Assembly: GCF_024521635.1 (NCBI RefSeq)
Contig: NW_026250420.1
Coordinates: forward strand, 434,001-498,000
Source of the DNA: Tricharina praecox
Taxonomy: Eukaryota
Direction of reading: 5' to 3'
Length of the DNA stretch: 64,000 bases
In this document: positions 1 to 12,594 of the stretch, one piece after another
Layout of the letters: each line of letters starts with the position of its first letter
Numbering within the stretch: the stretch's first letter is position 1
Translations under genes and position numbers: made by a program
The notes under the pieces: generated by a model
Database searches by the model: none
Seen by the model: the letters and a program-made list of their open reading frames with translations, nothing else
Told to the model about the DNA's origin: nothing

Positions 1-3000
1 GTCCTGTCCTGCCCTGCCCTGCCCTGCCCTGCCCTGCTCGGGGGCCCGCCTGCAGCGTTCCACCGGTCTCTCCCTATCTATCATACATACATGGCCATTT
101 CCTCGAGTGGAGTGGGTAGTGGGGGAGCCAGCCAGCCAGCCAGTGAAGAAGAAGAGGAGGAAAAAGAACAAAGACCGCCCGCTGGCTTTGCTTTGCTTAT
201 TCCCACCAGCCAGCCGGCCAGCCAGCCACCCCATTCTGACTCCCGGTTTGGGGGAATAGCCGGATATGCAGCCTCCCGTCGGATTTCCGTCACGTGTAGG
301 TGGTAGGTGGTAGGTGGTGGTTGTGCGTGGTTTGGTTTGGTGGTGGGGATCCGTGGATTTTCTGTGTGTGTGCGTGCGTGTTTATATGCGTGCGAGTGTA
401 TGTGAGTGAGTGCGTGTGTGCGAGCTGTGCAAACTCGCAATCGATGCGATTCTTATCATGCGTGCGTGCGGATAAGTAAGTCAGTACCCAAGTATTCAGG
501 CTTCGTCTCGGACCCATAGAAAAGAGCTACTTATGCATACCGTATTCTAGAAGCTCTGGCTTGCGCATAGCTACATGCTAGAGTATTGTACAGTACATGC
601 CACGGCCCACGGGGGAAGGGGAGGGGGCCTGGTAATCGCCCATGTCCATGGTAACGATCTTGCATCCTTCTGTGTACATGCCTAATGTATCTGCCCTCTG
701 TGTATCTCCCCGTACGTACCGTGGTCCTCTACATGTACGTACGTACATAATGTACATCATGTATGATACCTTCGCAGTCCATGATCGATTCCACCACCGC
801 ATGCTTGCCTACACCCTTCATACATACATGCATCCTTCAGGCTTCCAGAGCTTTATGCGCACCCCTCCGTTCCCCTCCACCAATCCCCTCCACCAATCCA
901 CGTACCCTGATCGACGCCCGCAGGCCGCAGGCCCACAGGTTCGCAGGCCCAGGCTGCATTATGCACGTCGCCTTCGGCTACTCCCGATCCCTCCTTCCCT
1001 TCCTGCCCTAAACAATAGTCATGGGGATGGGGATGGGACAGGACAGGACAGGACAGGACAGGACGGCTAAAACTTCCCGTTTGGAATGTTTGTTTTACTA
1101 GATACCTACTCTAGATGTGGATGGATGGATGTGGATGGGGTGGGAAATACTGGGATACTGGGATTCCCTCGAAGAAACGGGAGGATGTATGGTGAGGGGG
1201 GGAGAAGAGACAACGCACGGTATGTACGTATGGTACGTACGGAGACGGAGACGGCCCGTTGTGCTGTTTTCTAGGTACACAATGTACGATACGGCGGGAG
1301 AGGGGGGAGGGAGGGGGGGATGTGGTCGGAGTGGTAGGTAGAGGGGGGAGGGAGGAGGGAGGAGAAGAAGGAGGAGGAGGAGAGGTGTGGTCTTGAGCAA
1401 GAGGAAAGGAAGGCTGATGGCGCTCAACGATCGCTGGCAGTTTACCTGCCGTAGTCAATTGGAGACGCCCTCCACAGCTACCGTACTCTACTCTACATAT
1501 TTCCCACTGCTTAACGCAAACACCACCCCCCATTTCCAGCGACTCCGTCCCGCCCGCACCCGAGTCCTGCCCTCCTGGACTCCTGGTCTGTCATGATCTC
1601 CCGGCTCTCCGCATATCCCATATCCCACCCACCTTCCTTCCTTCTTTCCTTCCTTCCCTCTTCTGCTTCCTTCCTCCATCCACTCCCGCCAGCCCCAGAA
1701 ATTTCCCGGACGGGAGGGCGCATATATGGTGCGAGGGTGCGAGGGTGCGAGGGTGCGAGGGTGCGAGGAGAGGGGAGGGGAGGGGAGGGGAGGAGAAGGA
1801 CCCGTCTCAGAGCCACGGTGGCAGCCCCCCCTCCCCTCTCCCCCGACACCGTCTCTGTCTCCGGAACGAGAAGCGGGAAGACCTGTAGGACACTGGGACT
1901 GACTGACTGACTGACTGACTGCATACGCACACATACACACCCACAGTACACGAACAGGAACACACACACAGGCACAGAAACACAGGAACAGGCACACAGA
2001 CACACAGGAACACAGGAACACTGCGAACCCGGTAACTATAGCAGAGTCGGCAGCATCTGCAGCATCTGCAGAATCTGAAACGCTCGTTCTTCAGGTGGTG
2101 GTCAAGTTCGGTTCAAGTTCAGTTCAACAAAGGAATCGGGACGTGCAGCCTCAGCGGCGCAGAATACCGTCCGTCCGTCCCTCGATCGAGGTGAGGTGAG
2201 GTGAGGTGAGGTGCACGCGCGAAGAGAATAGAAGAAAGAAAAGGGAAATATGTAGGGTATCTGCGAACAAGAGCTGGAGAGAGAGAGCTAGAGAGAATCG
2301 AGATGGGCCCATCCATCATCCTCCCCCGAATCCCCCGAATCCCCCGAATCCCCCGAATCCCCCGAATCCAGGAAGTATACCCGCACCGCACCCCTGCGCA
2401 GCGCTGTTCAGACTCCAGTGTCGAGGCTGTCCCTCCCCCCGCCTACCCTCCCCTCCCTCCCCCACACGTCACACTTCACACGTCACACGTCCTCCTCGTC
2501 TTTGCCCTCGTCCCCGTCCCCGTCCCCGTCCCCATCCTCGCCCTCGATTCTTCGCTCGTCCCCCCACCCCACCCCACCCCCCCTCCCCCAGTGCCCACCC
2601 TCAACAAATTCTGCATTTTTGTTTTTTTATACCATACCTACAAGGCAGTTTGTTTACCTATCGTACATACCGACTAACCCGCGTCTCGCCGCGTCGCGTC
2701 CGTCTCTCGCTTCAGCGCCGAGGTTTCGCTCTCTCTCTCGAGTCGACTCGATCGATGGACGCAGACGGGAGGACCGATGGGGGCGCAGGCGGGCCGGGAG
2801 ATTTTTTTTTGCGAAGTCACTCACTCGTGCTGCCGTCGGCAACTAAAGACGGACGGGGGACGGACGGACAGACGGACGTTGATTCATGGCTCATGCCATA
2901 AATCAGACCAGACCAGACCAGACCATGCCGCTGTGGAGTGCAGTGGAGTAGAGTGGAGTGGTATGCAAGTACAGTAGGCAATGTCGGAGGTGCCGAGACA

Positions 3001-3240
3001 TACATACATACGAAGCGAATGTGCTGGTGCTGGTGGTGCTGGTGCTATGTATCGTGCGGCTTCGGCGGCTTCGGCGGAGCCGGTAAAATGTAGGTATGAA
3101 GCGAATGTAGCATTGCTACTCTACACATCGTGCAGTTTCGTCGGGAGCGTGCACTGGGGCACGCGAACGCGAGATGGAGATCGAATGTGTACATCCATAC
3201 GACAAACAGAACGAACAGATGAACCCCCCATCTGAGTCCT
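1..3240. repeat. Microsatellite/low-complexity-rich region with no recognisable CDS
   Basis: Short tandem arrays: (CCCTG)n at ~8-37, (GGACA)n at ~1036-1064, (GTGCGAGG)n at ~1729-1768, (GACT)n at ~1897-1920, (GAGGT)n at ~2188-2212, (CCCCCGAAT)5 at ~2323-2369 and (CAGAC)n at ~2904-2923. The ORFs here are translations of these repeats. Confidence 0.8.
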
Positions 3241-3646
3241 CTCCCTCTCGCATTTCAATTTTCGGTATCATATGTACTTCCTATTATTCGCACCCATAGG
3301 TAAAGAAGGAAGGAACGAACGAACGACACCAAAGCAAAAACAAAAAAGAAAAAAAAAGAACCTGTAAGCATTGCTGTAATTGTAACACAAGGCAAATGGT
3401 ATCGCACCAGGCAAAAAGCCGCCGCCGCCGCTCTCCTGAGAAGCTTTGAGGCAACCTGCTTCGGTGCAGAAAAGACAAAAAAAACTAGCTGATAGGATAT
3501 TTTGAGTTATGAAGTATGAGCAAACAAACAGAGGAGAGAATGAAATGAACATTGAAACAGAGCACACACAGAGAACCCAACCCAACCCAGCCCACACCAA
3601 CCCACACCAACACCAACACCAACACCAAATCCAATCAGCCAACCAT

Positions 3647-6600
3647 CTAATCATCGCCATCATCATCGCCATACGAGTCCTCACTCTCCTCGTCCTCCTC
3701 CTCGTCCTCGTCCGAATCAAGGATGCGGTACTTCGCCTTCGCAGCCGCCGCACGTCCCGTTCTAGCCCTAACCGGCGGCGACGATTCCTCATCGACAGGG
3801 GCCGGCTTGCTCTTCGGTGGTGGTGCAGCCTTCTTTGGCGGCGGAGCAGCAGCCTTCTTGGCAGGAGGAGCAGCAGCCTTGGGTTTCGCAGCCTTGGGCT
3901 TGATCTCGATGTCGGAGCTTAGCAGGTCGTCCACGGTGCGGTCGATATCCAAGTCCAAGTCCATGTCCGACTCGTCGTCTTCCGACTCTAGGATCTTCTT
4001 TGCGCGAGGCTTGGGGGCGGCGGGCTTGGCGGGGGCAGCTGCCTTCTTGGCTGGTACGGCGGCAGCCTTCTTGGGCTCTGGCTTAGATCTGGCTGCTGGC
4101 TTTGGTGGGGGCGCAAAGTCGTTCTCGTCGCCTTCGTCGAAGTCGTAGATCGAGACGGCTTTCTTGGGAGTGGGCTTCTTGGCGGGAGCAGTGGGCTTGG
4201 AGGAGAACAAGGGGCGAGCAGTAGAAACAGCGCTCGCATCACCAACACCCTTGACCAGCGCGCTCACGTCGCCCAGTTGGTCGTCTTCCGAGTCCGAAGA
4301 CATGAGGATCGGCTTCTTAACTGCAGCACGCTTGGCTCGCGGCTTGGGGGCAATTTCTTCCTCGCTAGACAGGTCGTAATCCGACAGGTCGACAACCGGC
4401 TTCGCTTTGGGTGCCGCTTTGGCAGCGGCGGTGGTCTTGGGCTTTGCAGTAGGCTTCGCGGATGCAGCAGCCTTTTTGGGAACGGGCTTCGCTTTGGGCC
4501 TAGGAGCAAGGTCCGAATCCGAATCGACATCTTCAGACTTCACTGAAGCAGCCGCTTTCTTAGGTACGGGCTTCGCCTTGGGGTTGGGGAGCAGTTCCAA
4601 GTCCGAATCGTCCGCTTCGGATTTCGTAGTCGGGCCTTCGTCTGCTGTAGCAAAGTCGTCACCTTCCTTGTCTTCGGCCTTTGGCTGGACTTTCTTGGTC
4701 GTCTCAAACTTGTGGATGAAATCCAGGTCGTCGTCATCGAACTCGTCCGCCTTCGGCTTGACCGGCTCGGCTTTGGGTTTCACTGGCTGGGGAGCCTTCT
4801 TCGGGGCGGTGACCTCCAACATGTCGAAATCGGAGTCATCGAGTGCATCATCATCATCCAGGATTATTGGCGGTTTCTTTGCTGCGGCCCGGGCAGCAGG
4901 TTTCTTCTCCGTCCTCTCCGCCGCGAATGGCAATGTCGCCTGCTTCTTCGCGGGAGCCGCCTTCTTCCGTTTCGGGGAAGCATCGTACTCGTCCTCTGTA
5001 TCGTCATCCTTCTTCTTCCCCTTCCCCTTCACGGCTCGGCCCTTTGCGCCAGCCCTTCCGCCGGACTTCTTCTTGACTACCGTCTGCGCAAGTCTGATGT
5101 CCTCCTCGAGCTGATGTCTCCACTCGGTGATAAACTCTTCGAGATCGGTTTTCCACAGGTCCTTGGGAGACTTTCCCATGAGAATTTCAATTTCCTTCTC
5201 CTTATCCGCAACGTCAGCGAGAAGCTTTTGCGCTTTCTCCCACGTCAAAGTCCAGATGGCCATGCCAAGCAAGTAATTGTAGCTGTCGCCAGGATTTTCC
5301 GCAGCCGCAGCACTCTCCTCCTCCACCGCTTCACCGTCCTCGTCGAGCTCGAGCGCCGGCTCAGTCTCTCCCGCCATCTCGGCCTCCTTCTTCTTCGAGA
5401 ACGGCTGGAAGTTGTGCTTCTGCAGCTGGGCGATGATATCTGGCCGTTTCTTACCGGCGACGATTAACTCTTTCTTGATGATCATCTGTATGAAACGCGC
5501 CTGGTTGCTGAGCTTCTGGAGTTCAAGGTTCAAATCCACCAACAGAACCTCCTTCCGCTTCTGGTAGAACTTCAGACGGATGAGATAGAACTCCTTTAGG
5601 ATGTCCTCGACCGAATTGTACCTATTGATCCTCCCCTGAGGGTCGAATGCGACTAGGTTGGTTGTAGCGACGGTGTTGCTAAGCTTGAACTTCTCGACCA
5701 ATCCCACGTCGAGAGCCTGCTGCATCGCTGCCTCGGAGTTCATGGTAATGATGAAATGCACCTTGGAGGGCGAATTGTAGTCGACGTAGTCCTTGATGAA
5801 ACTGGGTGTCTTCTCGCCCTTAATGATCTCTTCGAGCTTTTCCTTGAAGTTCTGGGTCCACATCTTGATTGGCAGTTCTGTAACCTCAACTTGAAGCTCA
5901 TTGATCTGCCTGATGGCGCCGCTGAACTTAAACCTATGCTCAGAGAGTTTCTCGATGGTGCCCGTCCAGCCGCGGTACCAGGGAGTCATGGTTTCTAGCT
6001 CTTTGCCGTCCATCAGGCGCCGCAGATTGTCGACGATGTCTTCCGGATTGTAACTGGGAATGCTGCTGCTCCAACCTGTAGTCAACGTCGTTAGTTAGAG
6101 GCTACGCGTGAGGGAGATGAGAGTGCAAAACATACCGGTTCCAATGCCTTCCGTGCCGTTGACTAGAAGCATGGGCACAACGGGAACATACCACTCCGGC
6201 TCAATTTTGTCGCCGTCGTCAAACTGGTACTTCAACAGACGATCGTCGTGCGGGGGCAGCACTTTCCTCGCGAACGGCGAGAGCGATGTGTAAATGTAAC
6301 GAGCGCTCGCCGCATCCTTTCCACCCTGCAGACGAGAACCGAAGTTACCGGACGGATCCAGAAGATTGACGTTGTTACTACCAGCAAAAACCTGAGCCAT
6401 CGCAGTGATGGTTGACTGCAGCGAGACTTCTCCGTGCTGGTAACCAGTGTGCTCAGAGACGTAACCAGCCAACTGAACAACCTTGATTTCGTTCTTCAAG
6501 TTTCGCTTGAACGAACCAAATAAGATCTTCCGCTGACCTGGTTTCAACCCATCGACAACGGACGGGATTGATCGCGCGCAGTCAGCAACACTGAACAGGA

Positions 6601-9156
6601 TCAGCTCCTTGTTGACGAAATCCGGATACGTGATCATGTCCACCGAGTGATCCAGGTAAGTACCCGGCACATAGGTGCGCAGCCATTCCTTGCGTTCGTC
6701 GGCCTTGCTCTTGGAGAATGCAAGCTCAATAAGCTTCTTTCCGTCCTCCTTCATAGGCTCGAAGTACTTCATGTGTTTGTCGAGATCCGCAAAGTAGATC
6801 TTCGAGTCCTCGTCGCCGGAGGTACCCAAACCCTTGTAGTACTTGTGCCTCCAGCCGGATTCCTGATTCTGCTCTTTCCAGTATTCGTATTCCGGAAGGG
6901 TGAAGAAACTGAGTTGTTTTGTTGGTTTTTTCAGGTTTCCCTTGTACACTTTGACGATAGGGGTGATGAACTCGATCAAGAAGTTGGGGATCTTGAGAAG
7001 ACTCGGGAATTGGGCTTCAAAAAAATTGATCAATAACCCCTTGATATGACTGCCGTCGTAATCCTGATCGGTCATGATCATGATGTGTCCGTAGCGCAGA
7101 TCTTTGGTTGTCTCGTAGTTCTGCTTGTGCTTGAGCCCGAGAATCTGCTTTAGTTGGGTGATTTCGGCGTTCTTCGCGATCTGGTCGTGCGACGCGTCTC
7201 GGACGTTCAGAACTTTACCACGGAGAGGGAAAACACCGTATCGATCGTGTCCGCTGATTGAGGCGATACCGGTCCTTGCCATGCCGCTGGCCGACAAACC
7301 TTCGGTCAAGATCAGAACACATTCATCACTGTGCTTGGTGCCGGCCTTGTTGGCATCCGTCAAGTTAGGGTTGTGGATTCTATAGACAATGTTAGACCAA
7401 AATCGGAACAGCGTGAGATATCGTGATTATTATAGTACCTGGTGCGCCTGCCTCCATCCGCTCGCTTGAGGGCCTTGTCTGCCTTCATGTTGGCAAACTC
7501 GATGATATTATTGATGACCTCCGTCTTGACAATCTTCTTGACAAAGTCCTCGGGCAATTCGCACTTGCTGCCGAAAGCCGACACCTTGGTGGTCAACTGC
7601 TCCTTCGTCTGCGACGTGAACGCCGGGTTCTCGATCAAGCAGTTGACGAACAGGAAAAAGTGGTTCCGCATCTGGGCATTCTTCACGGCGGCTCCAGTCT
7701 TGTTCTTCCTCTTGATGTGCGTCTCGAGTTTTGCGCAGAGTTGGTCTGCAACGTAATTGACGTGGGTACCGCCCGAGGTGGTGGCAATACTGTTTACGAA
7801 CGAAACCTGCTGGAAACTACCGTTGCTCACAGCGAACGCAATCTCCCAGCGATCGTTGACCACCGCATGGATGATTTCCATCTTGTCATCGCCGTCGCTC
7901 TCCTCGCGCAGGGCCTTGACATACATTTCACAGTAGGCCTTGAAATTTTTGACCTTGACGATTCGCTGGCCGTTCAGGAAGACTTTGACGTTCTTGATCG
8001 TACCGGCCATATCGTACACTCGTCGCTTAATGATATCTTCCAGATCCTGGTCCATTTCGGACATTCCGAATTTCGCCAGGTCGGGCTTGAAGGTGATCCT
8101 GGTGTACTCCTCCCCCTTCCCGTTGCTGGTGACAGCAGCCTTCCCCATTGTACCCATGTTGTTCGTCCATGTCTGCTTGTACTTCTTCTTGGAGTCCTTG
8201 TGTGCGGTCTCCAAGGTGAACTCCGTACTGAAGATGTTACAAAGCTTAGCACCGTAACCGTTGCGACCACCGGTGACCTTCTTCTCGTCGTCGTCGTAGT
8301 TCGATGAAGTGAGAAGGTGCCCGAAGATCAACTCGGGAACCCAAATCTTTTCCTTGTCGTGGAGTTCGACAGGAATACCCCTTCCATTATTGTAGACCGA
8401 CACCTCATTCTTTTCTTTCTCGATGGTGACCTTGAGCGTGTCCATCTTTGCATCACGAATCTTGTTGTCGGCAGCATTCACCAGAATTTCGTCGAAGATC
8501 TTGTACAGACCGGGAACCATGGTGATGGTCTTCCACGCCATATTCTCGGTTGCCGAGTCGAACACCCACATCTGCTTTTCTGTTTGCTCGACCGATCCGA
8601 TGTACGTGTCGGGACGTTTCAAGATGTGCTCCAATTGCGTGAGCTACACCAAACGGTATGTGTCAGCAATGTCGTCCGCGATCCCGTAAACCTCCCCCGC
8701 AACAGACTGACCTTCTGATACGTATCCGACGCCTTTTTCTTCCCATTCGCGGCCCCCAGCTCCTCATCCGCCTCATCATCGAAATCCAGAGCGTCCGCAT
8801 CGTCGTCGTCCGAATCCTTCGCCTTAGTCTTCGCCTTGGGGGCCGCCTTCTTTACGGGGGCCTTCCGTGGCTTCTTTGAGGCGCCGGACTCATCCTCGCT
8901 GCCGCCGGGCGCTGCTCGTTTCTTTGCGGCGGTGGTGGTCTTTGGTGCTACCGGTTTCCTTGGCGCTGCTGCCTTCTTCGCAGGTGCAGCGGCGGCTTTC
9001 TTTGTGGGCTTCTCGACCTGCGTAGTGGGTAGCTCGTCAGCAATCGTTCGCTCGGGAAACTAGGAGGGCGCAACTGCACTGCATTGCACTCACTATGGAC
9101 TCCGAAAATACACTGTCGTCGTCACCGCCGTCGAACATGGACTCGTCGGAAGACAT
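3647..9156 (-). CDS. TOP2: DNA topoisomerase II (5 exons)
   Basis: Exons 9156-9094, 9017-8712, 8643-7439, 7379-6136 and 6075-3647, all GT-AG and in frame. Motifs: YQKLTQLEHILKRPDTYIGS, EILVNAADN and GGRNGYGAKL (GHKL ATPase); LILTEG, PLRGK and MTDQDYDGSH (TOPRIM); YYKGLGTS; catalytic ASARY. Long K/A/P/D-rich tails at both ends. Confidence 0.98.
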
Positions 9157-9785
9157 GGCGAAGACCGGTGTAGGAGATCGGGTATATGCGTGGGAAGTGG
9201 GTCGGGCACTGGATATTGCTGCAACTGCGACTCAGATGAAAGCGCGAGAGGCTCTCTTTCGAAGCAGCCGGCGCGCGTGAAAGAGTGGGTTAGTAGTAGC
9301 AGTAGTAGTAGTACCGATTACCGCGTCTCCCTATGGGCTGGTGAGACTTTGTGGGGTTTTGCCGTTATTTTGCTGCTGTTGTGGTTGCTGTTGTGGTCAG
9401 TGGCGATGGGGCCGTGGTGGTGGTGCTTGTTGTCAAAAGTAGAAGAAGCCGCGTGCTGTGCTAGTGTTGTTTGTTTTCGCGTTGCTGTTGCAGGGGTTGC
9501 ACCGAGTAGCGCGTCTCTGATGGGCTCATGCCATCGGCTCTTGGCACCCGGCTCTGTATGGTGCCTGCCTGCCTGCCTGGCCCTCGAGGGTGGCCGGCCA
9601 TGGCTGACGGGCCCAGCCAGCAAACGGAAACAGGGAATCACCGTCATGGTCACTCGGATTGGGTCACTATCACCGCTACCACTACCCACTACTCCTACCA
9701 CTACCAGTGTAAATACTACTACGGCTACAACCATCGCCCATAATACTCCCGTATACTGTCTGTAATCACGAGCCGCCCAAGCACA

Positions 9786-10371
9786 ATGCGATTCCCGACC
9801 CATCGCCTCGCCGTCCTTTTCGTTGCGCTCACCAGCCTCATCGTTCTGGCGACAACGGCCGCCTCTCCCGAGCGCGATGTGGACCTGCTGAAGCGCCTCA
9901 TCGAGCCCCCAAAGCTCTCTAAGCGCACGCCCGCGTTACTACGGCGCGCGCGATTCGGCTGCGACAAGTGCGTCCCCCTCGGTGGTGGTGGTGATGCTGG
10001 AACGTTGACACTGACGGATGTGTGCGCAGTGGCTACGAACAGTGCCCGGGTCTATCGTATTGCTGCCAGGCGGGGCTAGTGTGCTTTTCCGACGGAACCT
10101 GCGGGAGCATGTCGGAGCTCGTATGCTACAATGGGGAGACGGCGTGTGGTAAGTGGAGTTGAAGCGTGAAGAGAGAGGGAACTACGGACGGGCTGACGTG
10201 AATCCAGGGAGTGGAACCAACGCCGGATGCTGCCCGATCAAGTCCTCCTGTGTCAGCGACGGAAAGTGTGTAGTCAACAGTGGAGCTGTAGTGAAGCGAT
10301 TCACAGGTGCCGCGACGTTTGGCGCGGGAATGGGGTTATCGGCGGCTGCTGCTGTTGTGGCGCTGTGTTGA
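9786..10371 (+). CDS. Small secreted Cys-rich, probably GPI-anchored protein (154 aa, 3 exons)
   Basis: Exons 9786-9967, 10030-10148 and 10208-10371, with introns GTGCGT..CTGAC..CAG and GTAAGT..CTGAC..CAG. The spliced protein has a signal peptide, a KR/KR/RR pro-region, two 6-Cys modules and a hydrophobic C-terminus. Confidence 0.85.
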
Positions 10372-12594
10372 TCCGACCGATGGCGGAATATGTAGCAGGA
10401 CACTCACTCCCTTTGCGATGGTCTTTCGGTCTCTGGTCTTTGGTGCTGCTCTTCGAGCGATTTCGTTTTGGACGATTATGTGATGCGATATGGCGGGACG
10501 ACGATGGGATGAACACACGATACCATAGATGATTTTTTTGTACATACATATGCGCATGCAGACACCTTCACGTACACGGTACTGCATGCCCCTCCGTAAT
10601 AATGCACTCACGATGGATGGTTCCTCACATCTTTTCTCCCTGTCTTTTTCTTCTACATACATACATACGACCGTCTGGCCCGCACGCCAGACACCTGTGT
10701 ATGTGCCGTGTACATATGCGGAGTCTCTCTCGGCATTGTTACCTGCCTCGCAACGGGGGAATAGCCGAGCCCATCGCCCACCAGAGTAGGGCTTGCCTGC
10801 CCGGTGGCAACCACCTCCGCACCGGGGAAACCTACATGACCATCACATCCACGCAGCAGACATCCGTCCTCCTTCAGGTACTCTACTCTACCTAGGGTTC
10901 GGGGGCTAGGTACACCTAGTAGGTAGGGTTTCCCCCACTCGCCGCCCCTTACCGTAACGGGGGCGTTCATTCCGCTGCCATCGTCACTCCACGTCGAATC
11001 GGATCGCTCCCCAGCCGAGACACGCAGAACTCCAGTTTTTTTTCTTTCCTGTGCATCACGTATGTGAGTATGTAGTACCTACATCTACATACGTGTGCGG
11101 TATGTATGTTGGGGTTCGGGAACGTGTTGTACCTGCCAATTATCGAACTCAATTCTTCAGGGACATCTCTACCTAGAGTACCGTACAGAACTGCAGGACA
11201 GATGTGTGGTGTGCGGTTACCACGCGTTTCGGACTGGTCCACTCGTGACTTCGTGTTGTTGTTTCGAGCTTCTCCTGAAGTGAAGTGAAGGGGGCCAGAA
11301 GGGAAATTCAAGGAGCTCATGAGGCACGGACAAGAGATGCCCATTGCCATCCGCGAGAGGGAGAGGACAGCAGCAGCAACATCATATATCTACCCACTCC
11401 AGCCAGACAGCCCCCCCATCCCCCCTCCCCTCCCTCCCCCCCACAGACGCAGTCGCTGGCACTCGATCGAGTTTTATTGCGATGTGCAGTCGGACCAACA
11501 GACGCCTGAGCGCGTCCCCCCCTCCCCGCCCAAGAGGACGTTAGAGTCGATAACGTTGGGCTGGCCAGGGACAGTAACGATCCATGCTGGCTGGCTGGCC
11601 CTTGTGTCTATGTAGAGTAGTTAGGGTGGTTAGAGTGGTTAGCAGAGGTGTGTGGTGAGTGGTGGAGCGTCGGGCAGAACAAGATACCCCTGAAACCCTT
11701 CCCTTCAACCACGAACTGGTCTCCTGCTTCCTGCTTCCTGCTTCCTCCTGCTTGCTCCCTGCTGCTTCCTCTTCGTTCGCCAGGCCTTGTCACTCATTTC
11801 AACTCCCTCGTCCTGCTACCTACCCCAAGTACTGCCTGCCTGCCTGTTCCATCGAGCTCCCTTTCCCGACCCTCCTCCCCTCCTCCCCTCCTCCAAACCT
11901 CCGGCGCTCTCATCCCTCCTCCCCGCCATTTCCTCAGGATACAATATCACCACTTTTTTTTCCTCCAGCGGAAACAAAATACCCAGCACCGAACAACCGG
12001 AAAACAATTCGGACCGTCAATATTGCAGATTCGTCTCGCCTCGTCTCGTTCGTGCATACATCATCATACATCATACCGCGAACCTACCGGCCTCCCTCGA
12101 TTTCGATATCTTTCGGTTCCAGATACAGTGCTGCCGTAATACCGTAATACCAACACCAACGACAGCAGCGCCCACGCCCAAGCCCACGCCGACGCCTACC
12201 ACCACCCACACGCCACAGGCATCGTGCACACCGTTGCGATCAGCTGCCAGCTGCCAGTTGCTTGCTTGCTGCATATTTATTTATTTATTTATACGAACCT
12301 ACAGTCTCACATTGAAAACCTCCAATCAATTAATTAATCTTGCCTGTCACCCGCTCTCTTTCTCCCCTATCAGAGAAGAAAAGAAAAGAAAAGAAAAGAA
12401 ACAAAACAACAAACAACAAACGGGAAATATCCCGACTCGCGCCCACACGGCCCTGCCACCTCTACATACATAGAGGTGCATGACAGCTGCTGAGTACGCT
12501 TGTTCTGCACTCCAGAACTCCCAATAGGCACTGTCCGCGTGCACACACGAAACACTCCCACCACCACCGCCAGTACATCTAAGCAGCCTTTCCA

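Noticed and set aside
12480..12527. 15-codon uORF (MTAAEYACSALQNSQ) upstream of the Gyp5-like gene
   Set aside because: The transcription start is unknown and there is no conservation evidence; short ORFs like this arise by chance.
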